A DNA stretch of 64,000 bases from assembly GCA_964448725.1 (NCBI GenBank), contig CAYVAJ010000005.1, positions 2,137-66,136 of the forward strand. Reading direction: 5' to 3'. A program made the position numbers and the translations under genes. The notes beneath the pieces were generated by a model, which was given only the letters and a program-made list of their open reading frames with translations, was not told the DNA's origin and ran no database searches. The DNA comes from an uncultured Gammaproteobacteria bacterium. GTDB lineage: Bacteria > Patescibacteriota > Microgenomatia > Levybacterales > GWA1-39-11. Below, in pieces: positions 40,786-50,438 of this stretch; the first letter of the stretch is position 1, and each line of letters opens with the position of its first letter.

Positions 40786-41430
40786 TTAAACGTGAGATAA
40801 TGTGTGGGACATTTTCTTCTTTTTTGTTTTTAGGTATCCTTTATTCACGGTATTTGGAGCAATCTCAATTTGTACCCGTTCCTCAACTTCTATACCGTAC
40901 TGTCTCAACTGTTCAACTTTATCAGGGTTATTCGTCAATAAACGTATTTTGTGTATTCCTAGATCGTGCAGAATGTCTACTCCATCTTTGTAATCACGCG
41001 CATCAACCGGAAGGCCTAACATCTCATTTGCTTCGACAGTATCATACCCTTTTTCCTGTAACGCATAGGCTTTTATTTTATTTGTAAGCCCGATCCCTCT
41101 CCCTTCTTGGTTGAGATAGAGGATAATACCAGAGCCATTTTTTTGTATTTGCTTCATGCTCTGTTCTAGCTGATCACCGCAATCACATTTTAAGGATGAA
41201 AAAATATCCCCAGTCACACACGATGAATGAATACGCACAAGAGGGGTTTCTTGTATTTTTCCCATAACCAAAGCAACATGCTCTCTGTGTTCTTGCGACA
41301 TATATACAAGTAACTGAAATATGCCATAGGAAGTTGGAAGAGATGTTTGTGCAGTGCGTACCAACTTATCATCTATCGCTTGTTTCGGGGTATCAAAAGA
41401 TGTGTCAAAAGTTGTCTTAATTACATTCAT
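40786..41430 (-). CDS. ribA: GTP cyclohydrolase II
   Basis: Zn-binding CVTGDIFSSLKCDCG, and the catalytic region LNQEGRGIGLTNKIKAYALQEKGYDTVEAN. Its start overlaps the upstream stop as TAATG. Confidence 0.8.
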   Translation of the reverse strand: MNVIKTTFDTSFDTPKQAIDDKLVRTAQTSLPTSYGIFQLLVYMSQEHREHVALVMGKIQETPLVRIHSSCVTGDIFSSLKCDCGDQLEQSMKQIQKNGSGIILYLNQEGRGIGLTNKIKAYALQEKGYDTVEANEMLGLPVDARDYKDGVDILHDLGIHKIRLLTNNPDKVEQLRQYGIEVEERVQIEIAPNTVNKGYLKTKKKKMSHTLSHV

Positions 41431-42152
41431 TATTTATATTCACCAAAATCTTCGGATTTTACAAACAGTGATTCTACTCCAAGTGCAGTAAGAACCTGTG
41501 TCACACCCTTCACAAGCCCTGCAGGACCTGCCATATAAAAGATAGTGTTATTTACGTCAGAAATATATTTGCGAATCAGGTCCTCTGTAAAATGTCCTTG
41601 CTCTCCTTCCCAACCGCTTTGGACATCTTCTTGCGTCATAGTTGGAATAAAAGTAAAGTTACTATTTTGCTCTGCAAGCGCTGATAATTCGTCTAAAAAT
41701 GCTGCCTCTTCTCGTGTTTTGTTTGAGTAAAATAAATAAACTTTTTGAGGATAATTTTCGTGTGCTGCTTGCTTTGCCATACTCATAAAAGGAGTAATTC
41801 CAATCCCCCCTGCTAAAAATGCCACTGGCCGTTTCGCATCAGATGGCAATACCATTGATCCACGTGGGTCTCTTATTTCAATTTCTGTACCCTCTGACAT
41901 ATTCTTCAGATTGCGTTTAAACGCTGAATCCCGCATTTTAGTTGTAAATCCAATAGTTGGATCAGATGGAATCGTAATGAATGAAAATGTCCGTTCATTT
42001 CCTTCACTATCAGTATCAACTGGATTGAGTAATTTTAGCGAAGCATGTTGTCCAGGAATGTACTCAAAGCCTTCCGGCTTTTCAAAATAAAAAGCCATTT
42101 TGTCCTGTGCAACTGCTTGTGATTTTATAAATTTTGTCGTAAATGTTGCCAT
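41430..42152 (-). CDS. ferredoxin-NADP-reductase-like FAD/NAD(P)-binding oxidoreductase
   Basis: RxYS/T FAD motif (RTFSF), NAD(P) motif (GGIGITP) and an FR-type beta-barrel N-terminus. No Fe-S domain. Confidence 0.7.
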   Translation of the reverse strand: MATFTTKFIKSQAVAQDKMAFYFEKPEGFEYIPGQHASLKLLNPVDTDSEGNERTFSFITIPSDPTIGFTTKMRDSAFKRNLKNMSEGTEIEIRDPRGSMVLPSDAKRPVAFLAGGIGITPFMSMAKQAAHENYPQKVYLFYSNKTREEAAFLDELSALAEQNSNFTFIPTMTQEDVQSGWEGEQGHFTEDLIRKYISDVNNTIFYMAGPAGLVKGVTQVLTALGVESLFVKSEDFGEYK

Positions 42153-42154
42153 AA

Positions 42155-42490
42155 TTATCGTTCGTGTTCCTCCTCAATTATTTTTACAATTGATGTAACA
42201 AGCGGGTCATCATTTTTCACTTTATACAATACCGTCTGACCAACTTTTTCGCGTGTAACAAGCCCTGATTGTTCGAGGATTTTTAATTGCTGAGAAATTG
42301 CAGGAACTGTCATACCCATGATATGTGCTATATCTGACACTTTTACATCTTCTCCATGAGTCACCATCAATAAGCGAAACACCCGACACCGAGTCGGATC
42401 GCTTACGGCATTAAAAATAATCGGCAGTCTATCCTGGCCGGTTACAACAGTCTTTTTTATAGTGTCAATTTGTGTATTTGTTAAAGCCAT
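42155..42490 (-). CDS. ArsR/SmtB-family transcriptional regulator
   Basis: HTH (SDPTRCRVFRLL...VSDIAHIMGMTVPAISQQLKILEQSGLV). Confidence 0.8.
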   Translation of the reverse strand: MALTNTQIDTIKKTVVTGQDRLPIIFNAVSDPTRCRVFRLLMVTHGEDVKVSDIAHIMGMTVPAISQQLKILEQSGLVTREKVGQTVLYKVKNDDPLVTSIVKIIEEEHER

Positions 42491-42565
42491 AGTTTCTTAT
42501 TTGTTTGTTTAATTAACTATTTAAGTATAGCACGGAAAATTTATATGTCAAGATGATATGCAAAA

Positions 42566-42913
42566 CTATTTTGAAGTAAGAAGATTATGCAAAACTACTG
42601 CTTCGTTGTGTTGGATATCTTTTGCACCATATAACAAAGTAACCATCTGGTGTTCTTCCTCAAGTTTTTTTATCTGATGCAATAATTCTTTTTGTTTGGC
42701 AATTTCCTGGGTATATTTTGTAACAAAACCCTCCCATTTTCCAGGATCATGCCCAAACCATTTGCGAAGTTCAGTACTTGGAGCAATATCTTTTAACCAA
42801 AGATCTAGATGTGCTTTTTCTTTTGATACACCTCTAGGCCATAATCGATCAACCAAAATTCGAAAACCATCCTCTTCTTCACAAGCATCATAAATACGTT
42901 TTAACTTTATCAT
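42566..42913 (-). CDS. DUF488 (YeaO-like) protein
   Basis: IKLKRIYD...[15 protein letters not shown]...[19 protein letters not shown] is a canonical DUF488 sequence. Confidence 0.75.
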   Translation of the reverse strand: MIKLKRIYDACEEEDGFRILVDRLWPRGVSKEKAHLDLWLKDIAPSTELRKWFGHDPGKWEGFVTKYTQEIAKQKELLHQIKKLEEEHQMVTLLYGAKDIQHNEAVVLHNLLTSK

Positions 42914-42919
42914 ACTGAT

Positions 42920-43528
42920 CTAGGTAATGGATTCATTCGTAAAATGTTTGTGGTCTTTATGCTTACTATTATAAATCCAGTACGGCACTACTCCAATTAA
43001 ATTTACAATACTGGAAAGTATAAATAGGGTTTTAAAACCAAATTTACTCGCGATAATTCCGCCTAACGCAATAGCAATTCCCATTCCTGTAAATGTAATT
43101 GCATCATACGTACTCCATGTTCTTGATGCTTGTTGTCTGGTGAGATTTAGTGAAAACATTGGATATTTTGCAGGTGAAGAAATACCAAAACTCATCCCTG
43201 CAATGGTAAAGAATATATAAAATGATAAAAGATTTGGTACAAATGCGATAAGTAGATAGCAACTGGAGAGAAGAATCATTCCAATTGCATCAGTAAGCAT
43301 TCTTTTTCTGTCTGAAGGAAATTTTACATAATTACTAATAAATAACCCTGTTATTACTCTCACTAACAAATACAGAGTAAAACCAAAAGATGCCGATTGC
43401 ACATTACCATTTGGTAGTGTGCTTACAACAAACACCGCAAGTATCGGAGAGACCAAATTCCACGCCGACCAGAAGAATGCTTCTGAGAAAATAAAAGCAA
43501 TGACAATTGGATTCATTTTCGGGAACAT
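42920..43528 (-). CDS. half-size MFS-like membrane protein (possible gene remnant)
   Basis: Six TM helices resembling one MFS half. Lies next to the sensor kinase. Confidence 0.4.
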   Translation of the reverse strand: MFPKMNPIVIAFIFSEAFFWSAWNLVSPILAVFVVSTLPNGNVQSASFGFTLYLLVRVITGLFISNYVKFPSDRKRMLTDAIGMILLSSCYLLIAFVPNLLSFYIFFTIAGMSFGISSPAKYPMFSLNLTRQQASRTWSTYDAITFTGMGIAIALGGIIASKFGFKTLFILSSIVNLIGVVPYWIYNSKHKDHKHFTNESIT

Positions 43529-43568
43529 ACAATTTAGTATATCTATTTGTTACTGAGTTATCAATTCA

Positions 43569-44750
43569 CTACTCTGTTGGTAATTGTACAAAAAACGTTG
43601 AGCCCTTCTTCAGAGTACTTTCCACCCACATCTTACCCTTATGTCTTTTTATAATCTGTGAAGAAATGAATAACCCAATACCAGTTCCTTTTGTACTCCC
43701 GCTATTTCCTGCCCTAACGTATGGTTTGAATATTCTTGTTTGGTCTTGTTTTGCTATCCCTTGACCAAAATCCTGTACGCTTACTATTATACTATTTTTC
43801 TTGTTATATACTTTGACGATTACTTGTGCTGCATGTGGCGAGTATTTAATTGCATTACTTATAAGATTTATAATTACTTGGCCAATTCTATATCTATCAC
43901 CAACGATAGATTTTTTTGAATCACCAGAAAAGTAAATAGTGTGTGTATCAGTGGTTACCTGCTGATCTGCTATCACTTCCTTCACAAGATCAGTAATAAG
44001 AAATGATTCACTGCGATACGTAAATCTTCCAGTTTCAATTTTTGTTACATCAAGCATCTCATTAACCATGTTTATAACTTGGTTAATTTGCCGATCAATT
44101 CTCACCGAAAAACCTGCAAGCTTTTTATCTTTATTTTTATCTGCAAGTTTTTGGATAATATGTGCATATCCTTTTATCGAGGTTAACGGGTTTTTCAATT
44201 CATGTGATACTACTCCAATAAACTCACTCTTTTGTCTGTCATTTTTTCTATAAGACTCACTTAATATACTGATAAAAAGTCCTTCAATGAAGAAGATAAT
44301 GAGAACAAATAAGTTTGAAAAATTTGCCGCACCTAAGAGCGTTTGTTTAGGTTCCAAAAAGAAATAATAGGTAATAATTCCTGATAAAATTGTGGCCAGA
44401 ATACCAGGCCCAAAACCGCCATACCACGCACCGATAATCACAATAAATAACGAAAAAATAAAAGGGACATCTTTCCCTAATACTGTTATGAGCGTAAATT
44501 TAAAAATAAAAAAAAGAGTAACAACTATAAATACAAATCCATATCGCTTCCAACTATTTTCGTTTTCATGAATATATAACTTATTTACGTATTGATGGAT
44601 TACTGACCAGACATCTTTCATAGCAAGCCTATTATAATATGCATATACCAGTATTGATAGAGAAAGGCTAATTTCACAGTATGGAGTATAATAAAGGCAT
44701 GATTTCGAGTACTCAATCATTGACCGTAGCGTATCATCCGCCTTTTGCAT
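43569..44750 (-). CDS. membrane sensor histidine kinase
   Basis: HisKA H-box (VSHELKNPLTSIKGY) and HATPase N, G1 and G2 boxes. Several N-terminal TM helices. The start is uncertain: the track start 44759 is GTG. ATG at 44750 would overlap alkA head-to-head by 70 nt; ATG at 44621 would not. Confidence 0.75.
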   Translation of the reverse strand: MQKADDTLRSMIEYSKSCLYYTPYCEISLSLSILVYAYYNRLAMKDVWSVIHQYVNKLYIHENENSWKRYGFVFIVVTLFFIFKFTLITVLGKDVPFIFSLFIVIIGAWYGGFGPGILATILSGIITYYFFLEPKQTLLGAANFSNLFVLIIFFIEGLFISILSESYRKNDRQKSEFIGVVSHELKNPLTSIKGYAHIIQKLADKNKDKKLAGFSVRIDRQINQVINMVNEMLDVTKIETGRFTYRSESFLITDLVKEVIADQQVTTDTHTIYFSGDSKKSIVGDRYRIGQVIINLISNAIKYSPHAAQVIVKVYNKKNSIIVSVQDFGQGIAKQDQTRIFKPYVRAGNSGSTKGTGIGLFISSQIIKRHKGKMWVESTLKKGSTFFVQLPTE

Positions 44751-45583
44751 GGAATGCACATTTGCGTTTTCTTAAAAGACGTGCAATAGCAGGTGTTGAA
44801 AAAATTACTAATGAGCAATATGCACGGACTGTATCTCTTATTCATGAGAATAAAAGATATGTTGGATGGATTACTGTACGTAATGACAAAAAAAACTCAG
44901 AGCTGGTAGTAACAATATCACAAAATTTGATACCAGTTACCGAACAAGTACTTACCCGTGTACGCCAGCTTTTTGATACTTCCTGTTCACCGAGTAGAAT
45001 TTCAGAACAACTTGGACCACTGGCTACCTCTCTTCCTGGACTTAGGGTGCCCGGTGCATTTAATGGGTTTGAGATGGCAGTACGCGCGATTTTAGGACAA
45101 CAGATTACTGTTACTGGGGCACGTACACTGGCTGGACGCATTGTACAAGCCTTTGGATATCAAATCTCAACCCCTATACAGAATGTTGATAGCATTTTCC
45201 CATCTCCAGAAGAAATTGTAGATACTGGACCAGTAGCTCTCACATCGCTTGGTATTACAAGAAAAAGAGCACAAACAATATATGACCTCGCAAAAGCGCT
45301 TGCTGAAAAAAAATTAACACTCAATCCAAATGGAGACAGTATAACTACACTTAACCAACTTCGTGCAATCAAAGGAATTGGTGAATGGACAACGCAATAC
45401 ATCGCGATGCGTGTATTATCTCTGCCAGATGCGTTTGTTCATACTGATTATGGTGTACAAAAAGCCCTTTCTGAGAAACGACCTGCAGCAATACTGAAAA
45501 TTGCAGAAAAATGGCAGCCTTGGCGTGCCTATGCAACGATGTATTTATGGAATTCATTAGCTGAAAAGGAGATGCATGTATGA
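44681..45583 (+). CDS. alkA: DNA-3-methyladenine glycosylase II (AlkA; HhH-GPD)
   Basis: AlkA N-terminal domain plus HhH-GPD (LRAIKGIGEWTTQYIAMR, catalytic Asp region DAFVHTD). Confidence 0.75.
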   Translation: MEYNKGMISSTQSLTVAYHPPFAWNAHLRFLKRRAIAGVEKITNEQYARTVSLIHENKRYVGWITVRNDKKNSELVVTISQNLIPVTEQVLTRVRQLFDTSCSPSRISEQLGPLATSLPGLRVPGAFNGFEMAVRAILGQQITVTGARTLAGRIVQAFGYQISTPIQNVDSIFPSPEEIVDTGPVALTSLGITRKRAQTIYDLAKALAEKKLTLNPNGDSITTLNQLRAIKGIGEWTTQYIAMRVLSLPDAFVHTDYGVQKALSEKRPAAILKIAEKWQPWRAYATMYLWNSLAEKEMHV

Positions 45584-46059
45584 TGTATGATTTTTTTCTA
45601 TCACCACTTGGTAGAATTATTATCAGTACCGATGGGGCAAGCATAACTTCATTTCTGTTTGAAGAACAAAAATATTTTACCCCTATCTCACCTGATTGGA
45701 TATGCAAGCCAGATCACCCACTGCTGCAAGAATCAAAGAAGCAACTTAACGAGTATTTTAATGGGACACGAATGAGCTTTAATCTTCCACTATCACCTAT
45801 AGGAACCAAATTCCAGCAAGAAGTATGGAGCGCTTTGGAACAAATTCCGTGCGGGCGTGTAACTACTTATAGAGAAATTGCACATACAATAGGCAGACCA
45901 AAAGCAGTACGAGCAGTAGGAACGGCAATTGGACGAAATCCGCTCTGCATTGTTGTACCGTGCCACCGCGTCATTGGTGTAGATGGAAAATTAACTGGTT
46001 ATAGCGGTGGTCTTAAACGAAAACAATGGCTTCTGAGACATGAACAGAAGAACCACTGA
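45580..46059 (+). CDS. ogt: methylated-DNA-protein-cysteine methyltransferase
   Basis: PCHRV active site (VPCHRVIG) and the HTH region. ATGA overlap with alkA. Confidence 0.85.
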   Translation: MMYDFFLSPLGRIIISTDGASITSFLFEEQKYFTPISPDWICKPDHPLLQESKKQLNEYFNGTRMSFNLPLSPIGTKFQQEVWSALEQIPCGRVTTYREIAHTIGRPKAVRAVGTAIGRNPLCIVVPCHRVIGVDGKLTGYSGGLKRKQWLLRHEQKNH

Positions 46060-46073
46060 TAATTCATTCTTCT

Positions 46074-47369
46074 CTATTTTTGTCGATACTGTTTAGACAG
46101 CAATCTGTATGCTTTTGTACGCATTGCAAGTAAAGTTAATACAAGTCCAATAATTCCCACAACGCTAAAAACTAACGCAATACCTCTTCCATCACCTACA
46201 CCAAACCAACTTCCAATTAAATTGGCCCCTAATCCTCCCTCTTGCATTAATGGTATAAAGAAAAATTGTGCAATTGGTCCGATCGCAAAGGCAGTGATCG
46301 GCGATGCTGACATTTCTACGCTTTGTGCAAATCCAAACACTCTTCCCTGCCGTGCTACTGGTACTACTTTTTGGATAATTGTTTGCTCGGATGCCTCAAT
46401 AAATGGTACAAGACATGTGTATGTTAAAAATCCAAGCGCAAGCAAAATTATCCACGGTTGAATCGTAAAGAAAATAGTAATGACCCACATAATAATATTT
46501 GCAAAAAATAACGTTTTGAGAGGATTTGTGCCTAAACCTTTCTTTGCAATAAATAACCCACCGAGAATAAAACCCACACTTAATACACCAGAAATAACTC
46601 CCCATGTCTGTTGATTAACCAATGATAAGCCGTATGGGTCAATAAGCGGCATAAAAACACCTCCTAAAAAATTATTAATTGTATTAAAAATAATAAGCGC
46701 CAAAAGACCTGGGATTGTTTTAACAACTTTAAAAGTACCTATAAGGTCAATCTTTTTTTGCTGCTCTCCTGTGTGAACAACTCCTTTTTCTGTGATATTG
46801 GTAAAATATAAATGAATAATAACCAGTATCATAAGTAATATCGATAGAATTAGTACCCAGTACATACCAGATGCAGCAAGTAAAAAACCACCGACAATTG
46901 GAGCAACCAAATATGACACTCCATTGATCATTCCCACCAATCCATTGGCATTATCTCTATTTTTTTCAGGAACCATAAGAGTTACCAATGTTGGCAGTGC
47001 AATAGCTCGGATATTTCCTGCAATTACACCAACAAAAAGAAGAACAGCCATCACCCACAACTGTATGCTTGCAGAATCATGAAACACTTCTGCAGGCGTA
47101 TTTATATAAATTAGAAAGCCCGCTATAAATGCACAGAAAGATATACTACTTGAAAGAATCATCACGGTCTTTTTTTTGTAATGATCTACAAGTGAGCCAA
47201 ACCAGATACCAGTTGTCGCCCATGCAACTAATATAATCCCTGATAATACTCCTGTTGCAAGAACAGACCGAGTTTCTAAATATATCCAGATACTTAAAGC
47301 AAACCAGACAAGTGAGGTAGTAATTGTCGCAACAAGCGAATTGATAACAATTGTATAAAAAGATTTCAT
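46074..47369 (-). CDS. MFS transporter
   Basis: Twelve TM helices. The track start is TTG; an ATG lies at 47369. Confidence 0.7.
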   Translation of the reverse strand: MKSFYTIVINSLVATITTSLVWFALSIWIYLETRSVLATGVLSGIILVAWATTGIWFGSLVDHYKKKTVMILSSSISFCAFIAGFLIYINTPAEVFHDSASIQLWVMAVLLFVGVIAGNIRAIALPTLVTLMVPEKNRDNANGLVGMINGVSYLVAPIVGGFLLAASGMYWVLILSILLMILVIIHLYFTNITEKGVVHTGEQQKKIDLIGTFKVVKTIPGLLALIIFNTINNFLGGVFMPLIDPYGLSLVNQQTWGVISGVLSVGFILGGLFIAKKGLGTNPLKTLFFANIIMWVITIFFTIQPWIILLALGFLTYTCLVPFIEASEQTIIQKVVPVARQGRVFGFAQSVEMSASPITAFAIGPIAQFFFIPLMQEGGLGANLIGSWFGVGDGRGIALVFSVVGIIGLVLTLLAMRTKAYRLLSKQYRQK

Positions 47370-47436
47370 CGTAATTTTTGAAAATGGATTATTTTTGGAC
47401 AAAAATAATTATACATATTCTGGTATACTATTTTTT

Positions 47437-48141
47437 ATGGAATTATTTGACTTTTTCCTTCACTTAGATGAGCATCTTGCCAATATTATTAATACCTTTG
47501 GTAACTTCACCTATGTTATTTTATTTCTTATTATCTTTGCTGAGACAGGACTTGTGGTAACTCCATTCCTTCCTGGTGATTCTCTCCTCTTTGTTGTCGG
47601 TACTCTTTCCGGAAGCGGTTTTCTAAAAATCTGGGTTGTATATATCACGCTACTTGCAGCAGCTATATTGGGAGATACGGTAAATTACTGGATTGGCCAC
47701 CATATAGGACCTCGTGTATTCGCAAAAGAAAATTCCAAGATATTTAAAAAAGCATATCTTGAAAAAACCCGCGAGTTTTATGAGAAGCACGGCGGAAAGA
47801 CTATTATTCTTGCCCGTTTTCTTCCGATCATCCGAACTTTTGCTCCATTCGTAGCGGGAGTAGGAAAAATGCACTACAACACTTTTCTCTTTTACAATGT
47901 TCTTGGAGCATTTATCTGGGTAACATCATTAACATTTGCAGGATATTTCTTTGGAGGACTACCAATCATAAAAGAAAATTTTGAATATGCTGTTATTGGA
48001 ATTATTCTTGTCTCCCTACTCCCGATGATAATTGAGTACATTAATCATAAAAGAGGTCCTAAGCTTTCCAAAAAACAGCTCGAAAAGGCATCATATAAAA
48101 ACATAAAAAAGACATTTGAAAAAGAAAACCTTAGTAATTAA
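47437..48141 (+). CDS. DedA-family membrane protein
   Basis: DedA signature (LFLIIFAETGLVVTPFLPGDSLLFVVG). The track start 47395 is TTG. Confidence 0.75.
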   Translation: MELFDFFLHLDEHLANIINTFGNFTYVILFLIIFAETGLVVTPFLPGDSLLFVVGTLSGSGFLKIWVVYITLLAAAILGDTVNYWIGHHIGPRVFAKENSKIFKKAYLEKTREFYEKHGGKTIILARFLPIIRTFAPFVAGVGKMHYNTFLFYNVLGAFIWVTSLTFAGYFFGGLPIIKENFEYAVIGIILVSLLPMIIEYINHKRGPKLSKKQLEKASYKNIKKTFEKENLSN

Positions 48142-48164
48142 AATTCTCTATCAATCATCAGGCT

Positions 48165-48395
48165 TTATTTTTTCTCCACCCATTCACCGCTTTCATTTTT
48201 TTTATATACATTTTCAACTGCTGACCACGCAACAGCATGTGCTGTTTCTTCTCTCGTCCTACCCTCCTGTCTTTCTTCAGGATTATCATACTGATCCCAG
48301 GCACTATTAAATGCTTCGCGGTAGATATCTTGTCCATGCTCAGGTAAATGATCTTGTACGCTTTCTGGTAGATCAGTGTTTTTTTGATATGGCAT
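48165..48395 (-). CDS. chaB: ChaB-family protein
   Basis: MPYQKNTDLPESVQDHLPEHGQDIYREAFNSAWDQY...ETAHAVAWSAV closely parallels E. coli ChaB. The track start 48500 adds 35 unrelated residues. Confidence 0.7.
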   Translation of the reverse strand: MPYQKNTDLPESVQDHLPEHGQDIYREAFNSAWDQYDNPEERQEGRTREETAHAVAWSAVENVYKKNESGEWVEKK

Positions 48396-48494
48396 AGAAC
48401 ACATTTTATGCTTCCATTTTAAGAGAAAATTGAGATATGCGTAAGTAATGAGTGATGTTTTATCTACCTTATATTCTCTGTTAGAATAAGACCA

Positions 48495-49268
48495 ATGCAA
48501 TATAAAGCACTCTTTTCAGATGTAGACGGTACACTTGTGCCATATAACTATATGGCACTACCTTCAGATACAGTTGTTGAGGCTGTAAAAAAAGCCCAAG
48601 AAAAAGTTATCGTATGTTTGGTAACCGCGAGATCATACGGATTTATTGAACAGATACTCTCGAAACTAGAACTCCATACAGGATATGCCGTAGTGAACAC
48701 TAGCGCACATATTATCGATCTATCTGATGGAAAAGTCATTCATGATCAGCCAATCGAACACGATGACGCACTTGAGATGATCAATATACTCAATAAAGAA
48801 AATATTGACTTTTACCTCAAACAGGATGCTCATGAACTCTCCTACCAAAAAGGATATTTTAAAGACGTAAGCTCCCTTAAATATGCTTATATGGTCTTCA
48901 CAGACGAAATATATTCTTCAGAAAAAGTGGATGATGTGCTGAGAAAACTTTCTCATCTTCCCCTACTAAATGCTCATAAATCACATCATAAAAATCCACA
49001 CAAATTTGGTATTAATATTGGACACATTAATGCTACAAAACTACATGGTGTAGAATTTTTATTAAAAAAACTCAATATATCAAAAGATGAAGTAATTGGT
49101 GTCGGAGATAGTTATAATGATTTTCCACTTTTGATGGCGTCAGGACTGAAAGTAGCAATGGGAAATGCGATAGATGACTTGAAAGCTATTGCTGACTATG
49201 TTGCTCCTTCTGTTACACACGATGGTGTCGCAGATGTTATCGAAAAGTTTATTCTTAAAAATAAATAA
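48495..49268 (+). CDS. Cof-type HAD-IIB phosphatase
   Basis: Motif I (FSDVDGTL) and motif IV (GVGDSYNDFPLL). Confidence 0.8.
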   Translation: MQYKALFSDVDGTLVPYNYMALPSDTVVEAVKKAQEKVIVCLVTARSYGFIEQILSKLELHTGYAVVNTSAHIIDLSDGKVIHDQPIEHDDALEMINILNKENIDFYLKQDAHELSYQKGYFKDVSSLKYAYMVFTDEIYSSEKVDDVLRKLSHLPLLNAHKSHHKNPHKFGINIGHINATKLHGVEFLLKKLNISKDEVIGVGDSYNDFPLLMASGLKVAMGNAIDDLKAIADYVAPSVTHDGVADVIEKFILKNK

Positions 49269-49324
49269 AACTAACATTCCTACCTTTCCCAAACGCTACA
49301 GGCAGCAATCTAATATAGTATACA

Positions 49325-49361
49325 AATAAAAATGCGCCTCCTCCATTTCTGGAAAAGGCGC
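49325..49361 (-). terminator. candidate rho-independent terminator downstream of the GC-rich NTPase-CYTH gene
   Basis: On the minus strand: GCGCCTTTTCCAGAAATGGAGGAGGCGC stem-loop followed by ATTTTTATTTGTATA. Confidence 0.5.
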
Positions 49362-49373
49362 TATAAAGACTAC

Positions 49374-50438
49374 TTACCTACAAGGTAAAACCGGCAACCC
49401 ACGTATTGCAAGATTTTTATTCTTGAACTGTAGATCATCGGTAACCTCCATAGCATCCGCCGCCCAGTATGGAAGTCCAAAAGCAGCAGCTTCTGATTCA
49501 CTCGCGAACTCGCACTCGAGCGTGACGAGCCCTCTGTGTGCCCCTTGATAGACATCCAACTCAAGCATGTATTTCCCGTAGGGGATGAAGTACCGCGTCT
49601 TCGTAACCTGTGCCCCACTTGTTTTTTGCCAGAGTCGATCAAAAGTATCACGAGGAAGCGGCCGCTCCCATTCATCACGTCTAATCGCTCCATCACCCTT
49701 GGAGGCGATAAAAGCCGCATCACCAATGCGGCGAATCCGCAACTCACCAGGATCAGTGGCAAGATATCCCTGCTGCACGAGAACTTTCCGGTCATACGCT
49801 GGAAATTCAGGAACATCTCTGAGTACAAACTTTCGTTCAATCTCAACGTCCACGTATGAACTGACGATTGAAAGTGCGCGAGCAATGACTTGGGCAATTC
49901 CTCCTTCACCAGAGATAAATGTCCAGTTAGGATGTTCTTGCCATACCTTCCTGATACGATGCTCTAGAGCAATCGCTTCATCCAGATTTTCATACCTGCT
50001 TTCATTACCTGTTTTTCCGTAAAGAGACGGATTACAGGTAGCTGTACTCTCAAAATGCACGACTTGTGTGTATCTGCTGTAACAATCATGCAGATCAAGC
50101 CCATACTCAGAGAGAAATGCAGGAATACCACCGGTAACATATGCCGCGCCGTCAAGAATGCCTCTGTCACAAATGACAAGCCGAGCACCCTTTTGCTTTG
50201 CGATACGAATATTCATATCTTCAATGCCTTGCTGAGTACACAGAACTGCAGGTTGAAAAGCCTCCTGCCACTCCTGAGAATAAGGCATATCTTTGTTAGG
50301 AATTGGAAATCCTCCTTCCATAAGCATCGTTGCTACTTCAGGGACTAAGATTACTTTATCTCCATACTCATCTTTGATTGCGCGAAGTGACGTTGACTTC
50401 CCGCCTGCCGGTCCTCCGGTAAACACAATAGTATGCAT
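49374..50438 (-). CDS. AAA_28/NadR-kinase-like P-loop NTPase fused to a C-terminal CYTH (triphosphate tunnel metalloenzyme) domain
   Basis: Walker A (VFTGGPAGGKSTSL), DRGILDGAAYV as in AAA_28. C-terminal EIERKFVL and a YWAADAMEVTDDLQFKNKNLA tail typical of CyaB/ThTPase CYTH. GC about 55% against a 30-35% genome. Start set at the internal ATG 50438 (the track ORF continues to 50597). Confidence 0.7.
   Translation of the reverse strand: MHTIVFTGGPAGGKSTSLRAIKDEYGDKVILVPEVATMLMEGGFPIPNKDMPYSQEWQEAFQPAVLCTQQGIEDMNIRIAKQKGARLVICDRGILDGAAYVTGGIPAFLSEYGLDLHDCYSRYTQVVHFESTATCNPSLYGKTGNESRYENLDEAIALEHRIRKVWQEHPNWTFISGEGGIAQVIARALSIVSSYVDVEIERKFVLRDVPEFPAYDRKVLVQQGYLATDPGELRIRRIGDAAFIASKGDGAIRRDEWERPLPRDTFDRLWQKTSGAQVTKTRYFIPYGKYMLELDVYQGAHRGLVTLECEFASESEAAAFGLPYWAADAMEVTDDLQFKNKNLAIRGLPVLPCR

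Noticed and set aside
9399-47402. ORF-track starts at 10691, 27426, 31551, 44759, 47402 and 47395 taken at face value
   Set aside because: The first codons there read as TTG/GTG in the sequence. Downstream ATGs, several with clear Shine-Dalgarno sequences, fit the protein families better.
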